NCBI GenBank assembly: GCA_002104905.1
Contig: MCFE01000468.1
Coordinates: 5,947-69,946 of the forward strand
Direction of reading: 5' to 3'
DNA from: Basidiobolus meristosporus CBS 931.73
Taxonomy: Eukaryota > Fungi > Basidiobolomycota
Length of the DNA: 64,000 bases
The translations under genes were made by a program, and so were the position numbers. Of the stretch, positions 12,515-22,086 are shown in pieces. Within the stretch, counting starts at the first letter, position 1; every line of letters begins with the position of its first letter. Below the pieces are notes generated by a model. The model saw nothing but the letters and a program-made list of their open reading frames with translations. It did no database searches and had not been told where the DNA came from.

Positions 12515-13489
12515 ATGAAACTCTCTACTCGTGCTTTCGTATGGCATCTGGTGGGTTTGGCATCGGCCTACTCGCCCAGCTGCCCCGTCGACGAGCTATC
12601 CTGCGCGCTCCCAAGCGCCAACGATACCGCAGACGCTTGCTGCTCCCCCAAATACGGTTTGGTCGTGTTCACGCAACAGGTAGAGATGGGCGGATGAATT
12701 CTTCCAGTGGAACGGTGTGCTAACCACCCACATAACAGTGGCTCACCAAGCAAGGTCCGGAGGATGCGTTCACCATTCACGGGCTGTGGCCCAACGCATG
12801 GTACAGTACGAATCCCATCCCATGGCCCCTCCGCGAACGTCCCCCACTAACATCCCTCCTCGCCAAACAGCAACGGTTCCTTCGCACCCGAACAAGGGTG
12901 CGATCCCGCCCGACAGTACTCAAATGTGGGGGAGATCGTACAGCAACGAAACACCTCCCTGTACGAGCTGATGAATGAGTACTGGGTCTCGTACACCGGG
13001 GACAACAGCGAGTTCTGGTATAGTATCCGCCCAAAGCCCACATCGAGGGGTCCGTGTGTTCGTCGGTTGGGAGATTAACCGTTCGCCACGTGTAGGACCC
13101 ATGAGTGGGACAAGCACGGTACGTGCGTGTCCACCCTTTCTCCTAGCTGCTACGGTGGGGATTACCAGCCATACGAAGAGATGCTGGACTACTTCGACTC
13201 GGTGATTCAACTGCACCAGCAGTACGACATCTACACCGCGTTGAGCGGGGCCGGGATCTCCCCCGGTGGTGAATACTCCAAGTTGGACATGGTCAAGGCG
13301 GTGAAGAGCTCTCTCGGTGTGGACGCCTGGTTCCATTGCAAGAAGGACGCTTTGGACGAGGCATGGATCTACTTCAATGTCCAGGGTCGAAACCGCTACG
13401 TTCCGGCTCAGCAGTACCGCGGGGAGGCCGAGTGCCCGGATCAGATCCAGTATCCTGCCAAGCAAACGATGGGCCAGGGTAACGAGTAA
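12515..13489 (+). CDS. Secreted ribonuclease T2 (RNase Rh/Rny1-like), 4 exons
   Basis: Signal-peptide-like N-terminus and SCP..LSC..DACCSPKYGLVV..QQW. After removing 3 GT-AG introns, CAS I FTIHGLWP and CAS II EFWTHEWDKHGTC are restored. Stop TAA at 13487-13489. Confidence 0.95.
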
Positions 13490-13846
13490 ATAAAGTCTGG
13501 TCCCGCGGAACAGCATTCGCATTCACACTCACACTCACACTCGGAGGGTCTGGATGGGAAAAGAAAGCCTTAAGGGTTATACAATCGAGTGGGTTTACGA
13601 AGGTCAACCTGGGTTTATTGGCAATATTGGCGGGTGCGCCATAAGAATACATGTGATCGACTGTCCAGATCGAGACTAGGTTTCAAAGCGAACAGTACGT
13701 ATTGAACCGAATCCATTGGATGTTTGGGAGGGGGAAAGTTACTGACATATACTACAGAGAGATTGCATGTTTGGTAATCCATAGGTTGCACTTAAGAACA
13801 AGACAGTCACATCACGGTAGGGGTGGGGCGGTCGTAGTATCAGTCA

Positions 13847-14098
13847 TTAGAGACTGTCTCGACGATGGGGATGTCCGGGTTGGCTTTTGTGGGAGTAGTT
13901 TCCGCCGTAGGAGCGGCTCCACTTGTACTCACCGTAGGGATCAGGCTTCTGACTTTCCGGCAGGACACTGTAGAATTGGACCTGGCCCAAACTTGGTCTA
14001 CGGGCTTTCTGGGGCCCGTTCTGACTGTTGTAGTAAAGTCCGGCAGCCCCGATGGCCCCGATGGCGGCTCCAGTTGCGGCGGCAGTGGCGAAAGGCAT
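13847..14098 (-). CDS. Small hypothetical protein (83 aa)
   Basis: ATG in CAACATG context, TATAAATA about 80 bp upstream, hydrophobic Ala/Gly N-terminus, RRPSL and RRDSL motifs. No recognisable domain. Confidence 0.5.
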   Translation of the reverse strand: MPFATAAATGAAIGAIGAAGLYYNSQNGPQKARRPSLGQVQFYSVLPESQKPDPYGEYKWSRSYGGNYSHKSQPGHPHRRDSL

Positions 14099-14176
14099 GT
14101 TGGTCTGGGGTTTTCAGTGGAGTTGGCTTGGGAGGTTGCGAGAATGTTGAGTGAACTTTCGGTTCGCTCCTGCTGG

Positions 14177-14184
14177 TATTTATA
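14177..14184 (-). promoter_or_regulatory. Putative TATA box of the 83-aa gene
   Basis: TATAAATA on the minus strand upstream of the ATG at 14098. Confidence 0.45.
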
Positions 14185-15411
14185 GGAATCCCCTCCGGCT
14201 GGAATTGGTTACGGATTGGGCGTGGGTCTGGTGTGGAGACGGTTGATGTTGGAGCTACCAGTGGGTTACCCGTGATATCCAATGTCTCAGTAGGTTCGAT
14301 GTGAACAGCTGGCCCTCAGACACCATAGAACAAGGCGACACGGCTCGAAATCATTCGCATTCTCGGGGTAGTCCAATATTTCTGCTGGCCAAAATGATGG
14401 AAATCTGCGGAAATACGCGTGTTTTAACATGTGACCGGGCCATGGCATTTGGTCCCAACCTATCCATTCATGATGTCATACAAAAGTACGGTACTCCTTA
14501 CCCAACATCATAAAAACCTTAGGCCCTCTTTAGATGCGTAGATGAGACATGACTCAGCGGGCCCTATGCGAGGGAAGCAACCTTGACCGAAGAGCGACAT
14601 GTTAAACCTGACCAGTAGTGTCCTCGACGTGGGTATCGTTACGTAGTGTTCAATGCATCGCCAGATTTCGAGTGGATCTAATGCACTCCCATACGCTACC
14701 ACACCTGCCTGGTCCAACAAATCTCATTCGAACTAGTAGTTTAATTCCATGCCCACGAGCTATTCGCACTTCCATACTGGTCACTGGACCCTGCTCGTGA
14801 CGGGATGTGCCAGTATCAGCCACCGCTTTTAGTGATCCCCGGCGTCCATCGAAACCAACGCTCGCGAGTACGCCGCTACGGATCGCTGATGGCATGTGGT
14901 GATCCTTACTGGTGGAAACTCGGGGTGATCTCCATAGGCCACTGATCGAATCCCCCTTTTCCAAAAATCCATCCACCAGAATTAAGATCCTTGGTCACGC
15001 GCATCCTGTCTGAATCCTTGCTGACACTGGTTGGATTTGGTCGGGTGACCTGGATTGGGAAAGCCTAAGGATTCTATGACATGCGCCACAGCGAATCCAC
15101 CACTTCTTTCTTGCTCCCCCAATCCATTGTGTACTAAACCCGGGCACACCAAATCCTGCAACTGATGGCTGATGGTGTACACAGATTGCTACATTTGTGA
15201 GACCTGAGAGATATGTTTTGGGTGACCCACCCTGCTACTTCCTCCAGATTGACAAATGCTTTGTGCTCAACCTTTGCAAAATTAGTACCTTGGAATCCTC
15301 TTGCTGACAAATCTCCTCACTGCCATCACCATGGTTGAGTGCACCTTGTGGTAAAGATTTGACAGCATTTCCTTTAACATCACCTTGGCACATGCCACTT
15401 GCTAGCACATA

Positions 15412-15645
15412 TCCCTATGAAAATTCTTGAACTTGGAATCATCTGATAATCTGCTGGGATTTGGCTGGCATTTTTTCCTCAAATGTTTAGTTTCAATATC
15501 TGGAGGAAGTGACAAGTGGCTGATTACCAAATTGAGGGTGACTACTGGTTGGCCTAGTCTCCTCCCAGAAAATATGCTGGCTTGTCTGCCTAATAGCTAG
15601 TACCTGAGATATTGAGAGTTGTAAGCTGAGAGAAACCTGAAAGTT
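15412..15645. mobile_element. Truncated copy of MITE-like family Y (CCCCTATG-type end)
   Basis: Starts TA|TCCCTATGAAAA; internal similarity to 17977-18270 and 31647-31966 (e.g. GAGATATTGAGAGTTGT, CCTAGTC.CCTCC). Confidence 0.5.
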
Positions 15646-15649
15646 TAAT

Positions 15650-16633
15650 GTGTGCCTCAACAAATCTGAGATTGTGCCTTAGCAAAAATAAGAATTCAGC
15701 AATTGCATTGTAGTTTCTGCCCAAGCCTAGAATATCTAGCACTCCCAAGAACACCAAGCCTAGCCTGTATAGCAAACCAACTCTGTTGCCTTTATAGCCA
15801 AACCCAGCTATATACAAGACCAATATTAGAACAGAATCTCTCTGCCAATATTTCTGCCATTCTCTGACAATTCTAAGATCCAAATCTTTCCATGTTGGAA
15901 GAAGCTCAAAGAAATCAGGAAGAACTTACTGAGCTGCTTGAAAACATCATGTATGAAAGAAACACCTTGATGCTTGAGCACTCAAAGCTTGCCAAGACAA
16001 GATCTCACAATCATTGTAGAGATGAACTCCTTGAAGTTATTTCTGGTTATCAAGATGGAATTGGAATAATCAAAGAAGCACTGCAGAATGTGGCCATAGT
16101 ATTTGACAGCATTGAAAATCTACCAAGCCATATTCTGCATCAGACACCAAGCAGTCATGCCTTTAAATCCTCCAGATCTACATCTCCCTCCAGACCTGCC
16201 CAGCTGGTTGTCCCAAGATCCTTGCCTTGTTATGCTCAAGGAGTCAATGCAATAAAGAATCCTGCTGAGTATCTTTTCAAGTTTAGTCACATCTTAGCTG
16301 CACACCAGCTAGGCCCTGACACCAATTGGGCTAGACTTCTCCCACTCTGTCTCACCATGCATGATGTTAACTCTGTTATACTGAATATTCCTTCCAATAG
16401 TACATGGGAAATTGCCCAAAACTACTTTGGCAGCCATTTTGAAGATCCCCCAGGAAAGCACATCTGAACTGCAACTTATGGGAAACTAAAATGCAAGCAG
16501 GTGAATCTGCGCAACACTTCTGTGATAGATTCCAAAGACCAATGAAATTAGCTGGAGTTAGTGATGATGATCATCACTTACTTCTCATTTTCTTTCAAAC
16601 TTTGTACACCAGCTGCCAAGCAATATTGCTATT
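15650..16633 (+). mobile_element. Decayed Ty3/Gypsy fragment (LTR piece plus gag), paralogous to the 23.4-kb element
   Basis: ORF 15892-16467 and the frameshifted ..GESAQHFCDRFQR..KLAGVSDD are near-identical in pattern to gag at 24109-25035; 15650-15870 matches 23766-23990. Confidence 0.8.
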
Positions 16634-17976
16634 AGACTGGTTCCATTGTACTGTGCCAGGGTGTGTGGTGTAATCCTTGGTTGTTAAGAACAATCAGCCA
16701 CAATACTGTAGCTACCAGCAGGCAGGATTGCTCTTGGACAATTTTGCACTATGTGGGACAATCTTTCACACTATAGCACAATCTGACACAAAGAGGCTGG
16801 TCTGGATGATTGCACCAACTTGTTATCTTTAAGTTACATGCACAATTGTATACCTCTATTATAATAGGTAAAGTCTGGTATTTGGATATGCTTCTTGAAT
16901 GTAAATGGAAATAAATGTGTATCACACTATAAGCTACACTGATACTTACCATTTTGGTTACCTTCACTCCAATTGGATAGTGTGTCAGTGATTGCTTGGC
17001 CTAAGAGTATGCTGAAGCTGTAAGCCCCCAATTGGCTCATTGACAAATACACAAGCTACCTGATATGTTTTCAAATATCCCATTTTGCCCATTTGGCAAG
17101 TGAATCCCTGATTTCAGTGATTGGACTAGGTGTCATTACTAGCACACAACTGATTGGGTAGGTGCAAGACAGACCAAATAGCTGCACTGGTGTTGCAGAT
17201 GATGTACAAGTATGCAGGGTGTTTATTTATAGGGGTTCTCTCTCAAGCATGCAATGATTTTCATTTTAATATATTAAGATTTGGTGATCACCGGTCTGCA
17301 ATGGCTCAATTTGGATTGCAAAAAGATATGTGTTGTTTAGATCATGGCAGATGATAGCAATTTAACACAATTGCATCATCTTCTGCTAGGTTTTGTTCCC
17401 ACAGGGATTACTACAGAGCATTTGGTAGTAACTCACTTTACACCACTGAACTACTTCCTTCTTGACTATCTACTTGGCTACATGTGTACTTGTGGTCAAT
17501 ATTTTTCCTCCTAGCAGATCAGTGCAATGCCAGAGCTTGACCACACTGAATTGCTCCAGATGGTGTTACAAAACCAGCTTGTAGTGCCATGTGCTGACAT
17601 GTTCTTTTACTTGTCAATGCTTCTGTGGTGGAGGCACTTCCAGTGGGTCATTGTCAGTCAGTTCACCAGAAGTTACTTGCTGAAGGTCAGATGCAACAGC
17701 ATGCACAGGTGCTGCTTGATGCACTGGCATAACCCTTGGCTGAGTTTGATGTGATCCCACTTGTTGACATAACTTGGCCCACTCTAATGAACACATATCT
17801 AATTGAGCAGTCTGGCATGTTCTGTAAGTTTTGCTCTGAACTGAGCATGCTGACACAACACACAACAACCCAGTGCATGTTGCTCTTGTAAAGGGTGTTG
17901 GCATGGACTAGACTGACATGCACTGGTGCACCAGCATTTTGAGGGATGGTGAGGAATCCAACAAGAAATACTAGTA

Positions 17977-18270
17977 CCTCTAAGAAAAAAAATTAAGAAA
18001 AGGCCAGCAAAATAACATCATAATATCAGCAGAATTCCAAGTTTCTCAAAATTGACAACTCTCAATATCTCTGTTGCTAACAGATGGGCAGGCAAGTAAA
18101 CAACTTCCCCACCAAATTTGGTAATTAGCTGTCTGTTGCTTCTATCAAAATTTGCACTTGCTATTTTGAACTAAAAACACCATCTGAATACCATCAAAAC
18201 ACCATTAGAATACCAGCAAAATACCAGCTGAAAATTAGATGAATTTCTAGTTTGAGACTTCTCATAGGGG
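17977..18270. mobile_element. MITE-like family Y element (294 bp), TA target duplication
   Basis: TA|CCTCTAAGAAAA ... TTCTCATAGGGG|TA. Removing it and one TA restores the same length as the homologous site in copy C (~26225-26250). Confidence 0.75.
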
Positions 18271-18535
18271 TACAATCTGGATGCAGTTTCCCATAGTCTG
18301 AATTCTTAATCTTGAAGCTCACCTTCTGATTCCTCAAGGTATTAGACTTGTTCCATTAGATAGTGCCACATAGTGCCAGCCTGTTTATAGTGCTGGATTG
18401 ATCTGGCACTCTTTGGTACCATCTGGCACTAAAATCTCAACCATTATGCCAGTGGTAGGATATAGCTAATGGTAATATCACTCAATCTTACTTATGTTGC
18501 TCAGAATAGTGCTTTCCTTGCTTTGTTTACTCTCC

Positions 18536-19489
18536 CTAATGCTCCAGAAACATTTCTCTCAGTGTGTGTCTTCTTGTATGAATGTACTGTGCATTGATAA
18601 GTATCTTAACTATTTTACCTATTCTGCTGTTTTCTCTTATATATGACTTTCCTCTGCATTTACCTGCCAGTATGCTGAATCTCTTTAGATATCCAAATGT
18701 ATGATCTACCCTCACTCTGATATGATTAAATATCTGATTGTAGAGCTTCTGCTTCCTGCTAAGCACACCATTCCTTGGCTTCCTATAAGCCACAGTACAT
18801 CCTAATCTCTGAAAATCCTCTCCTATATAAGCTAAGTATGCCATACATTTCTCCCCTGTACTGAATTTGGGATGATTCTCTACCCAGAGTGCTTTGTCAT
18901 GCCTACTTCCAGCAAATGACCCACTAAGCCAGATGATGATACCCTCAATGTCAGACAGTGCTTCAAACTTCACATAGTGTGCCTTGTGTGTACCAGAACA
19001 AAAGCTCCTCTGCCATCTAGAAGGTCTGTTAATCCTGACTGGGAAGGTATCCAAAATACTCCTTATGTGGAACCTGTTGCTGAACACTCTGGGATACAGA
19101 TATCTATTGGAGCTTCTGAATCTAGTACTCCATGATTGCTCTAAGTCATTCATGTCCTCTGCAAGGTGGTTCTCCATTGCTGTCAGCTGGGAATGAAAGC
19201 TTCTAGAACTTTTGTTGCCATGGGCAGTGGGATAAAACCTTGTGAGGCAATAGTTCTTGCAATAGCAGAGAAGCTTAACAAGGGATCTCCTTCAGTAGAT
19301 TGGGGTAGATGGTCCACAGTTCTTGGTATAGATTTCTGCTAGTGTGTCAAAAAGAAATGCAGTGGTAGTGATGGGATTGATGTGAAAAGACCAATCAGAT
19401 GAGTAAGTCATATTAGAACTGGTAGATGATTGGGCTGAGGTGACTTGAATTGATTTGGCACAATCAGCTTTATCTATCTGCTCTTCCAT
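18536..19489 (-). pseudogene. DDE_Tnp_4 (Harbinger/ISL2EU-type) transposase, internal stop and mutated catalytic residues
   Basis: ILDTFPVRINRP, GIIIWLSGSFAGSRHD, MAYLAYIG (D to Y; ADLAY in copy C), QKLYNQIFNHIRVRVDHTFGYLKRFSIL; ORFs 19292-19489 and 18536-19177 are separated by a TGA. Confidence 0.88.
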
Positions 19490-20843
19490 GCATTATGATT
19501 AAATCTCCATCAATTGCCATGTATCCCATCATTATGTTGCAAAAATCATCCTCAAACAACAACTTGGTATTTTTATTTATGTTTTACTCACAAGTCTACA
19601 GTCAAATAGGAAATCTGCAATTGATGTCATCTGATCTGTGTCAATGCAATCCAAGATGCATCATGCATAATATATAGAAAATTTAACAATCACATAAGTT
19701 TTCTTATGTACTTCATAGAAGACCAGGTTGCTGCCAATACACTACTGTATAAGTATCCAAATCTGTTACTATGGTCCCTATACCAAGTCTCAACTCATGT
19801 TTAGCACAACACATACAAAACCCATTCCCCAGCTCACAAGCGCGGTCTGGACCGGAAAAACTGATGTTTGATCCATTTGAGTTCTTGCCAAATGATTTCA
19901 GTATGGCCCAAGTGTCTATGATGAGCCTTCATACAGATATTTGGGTACTCTTCATTAATCTAGCAGAACTAGATACCTTGGAGAGTTGACAGAGATGGAA
20001 GAACCTGAGTAGAAAGCTGTGGCATGAGTTCTACTTCAAGATGCCAGCAGATGTATGTAAGAAGATATATAACAAGACCAGTTTTGAAATCAGGAATGAG
20101 CTGAGAGTGAAGGGATTTGATGAGGAAGCCACATGGGAGCAATTTTGCATGCAGTTTGCTCTGTAGGGCTGGATGAATCCATTTGTGCCTTGAATTTGGG
20201 AACCAAAGAGATTTTGAATCAGTTTTTGCCTCAAATGACTAAGGTATTATGTGATATATTAGTAGAGCTAAGTGGCTTCCAAGAGCAATATACTCAGGAC
20301 TGATCCAGGCAACAGTTTCAAAGTATCAGACAGAGGGTAAGTGAATACCTTGAGGAATCAGAAGGTGAGCTTCAAGCCAAAGAATACAGACCATTAGCAA
20401 CAGCATCTAGATCACGCCAGCTTGCCTTGCTGGATTCCTTACCATCTCTTGCAACTTCAGTATCCTGGCTCATGTCAGACCAAACTACACAAACACCCCT
20501 CACAAGAGCACCCTGCATTGAGTCAATGTGTGTTGGGTCAATGCATGCGCTTCATAGCAAAACCACCAGAACTTGCCAAATTGCTCATTTAGACACAAAT
20601 CCATTGGAGTGGGCCAAGTAGCATTAACAAGCAGCATCACATCAAACTCAGCCATGGGCCATGCCAGCACATCAAGTTGCATCTGCACATGCCATTACAC
20701 CTGACCATCAGCAAGTTTCTTCTGGTGAACTGACTAATAATGACCCACAGGAAGTGCCTCCACCACCAGAGCCTTTGGCAAGTAAAGGAACACATCAGCA
20801 CATAGCACTGCAGGCCAGCTCAGTTGCATCATCTGGAGTGATT

Positions 20844-22086
20844 TGTTGTGTTGTATTATGATTAGTTTGGGGCTTGTTCTACAATGTAGAGGCTAATCAA
20901 CAATATACAACAACTTCCAGTATACTAATACTGAAATAGTTTATTTGGAGTTTGATATACCAATAGAAGATATAACTTTCACTAATTTCCTCAATCTTAG
21001 GCTCAAAATATACTGTAGGCAGTGTTTATCACTTCTACAGCAGTGTTCTGACCTTCTGTTGACTAATGGGCTTATTTACTTTTATAGTAACTTTTCCTTA
21101 TTTGGAAGTCACTTTCCTTTCTGAGAAAATATTTCCTAATATGGAAATTCTGAGCTCCCCTCTAACCTAAAGGGGTGTGTTGTAGAAGTCTCTAAAGGGG
21201 TCTTTAGACCTAAAGGGGTGTCTAAAGGGGTGTCTTTAGAGTAAAGGGGCTTCTTGTAGTGGTCTCTAAAGTGGATTTTACACTAAAGGGGTGCCTAAAG
21301 GGGCTTCTTCAGAGTAAAGGGGTTTCTTAAAGGGGTCTCTAAAGGGGTCTTTAGACTAAAGGGGTGTCTAAAGGGGTCTCTTTAGAGTAAAGGGGCTTCT
21401 TAGAGGGGACTTTTCCTACAGAAAAGTGGTAGTTTCTTGTAGAACTTAGATTGGATTCTTGTGAGCTTTGCAGTCTCTTTACTGATGTAGTACCAATCAA
21501 AGTCAGAATACTCAACAGTGCAAGTGATGCAGGGGAAGTCTTATAACCTTTAAACTTGTAATTGTAGTGTGGAGATTCTGGAAAGAGAGGCTCTTCCTTT
21601 ATTTTTCAGCTGGGGAAGTCATATATATGAAAATTTTGAAGGATCAAAGTTTTTGGGCGATTGCACAAGCAATACATGTGATACAAAGCCAAAATTTTGC
21701 AGTGGCGCAGATCGGATATAGGCGCAGCACCTGTGAAAATTTCACGTGATTTAATTGGCCGGTTCGAAAGTTACATGCAATCAAAGTCACCATAGTATTC
21801 CTAGCAATAAGGCATAGTATATATAATTGTTGGACTCTTTTGGGCATAACTCCTTAAGTACTGCTTCAAATGAGCTGTAATTTGAAACATGTGTTGGCTA
21901 CTATGTGTTCTGTATGACATAATATTCTTGGGTGGATTGCTTGTCAGGGTCTGGAGCATTTATTCATCAAAGTTGGAAATTCTTGATCTTTCACTTGTGT
22001 GTTACAATAGCAAAAAGCAAAATAAAGAAATGAGTGCAATATTGGTTTAGAGATATTTTAGTAATGGAATACTTTCCATTACCACA
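20844..22086. mobile_element. Solo LTR (1243 bp), TG...CA, 4-bp TSD GATT
   Basis: GATT|TGTTGTGTTG ... TTACCACA|GATT; highly similar to 36944-38171; non-coding. Confidence 0.85.
21168..21408 (+). repeat. TAAAGGGG-core tandem array inside the solo LTR
   Basis: 13 exact TAAAGGGG plus 2 variants, with short variable linkers. Confidence 0.92.

Noticed and set aside
21168-21408. CRISPR array or true telomere
   Set aside because: Short degenerate units without unique spacers; internal to an LTR with a TSD and not at a chromosome end.
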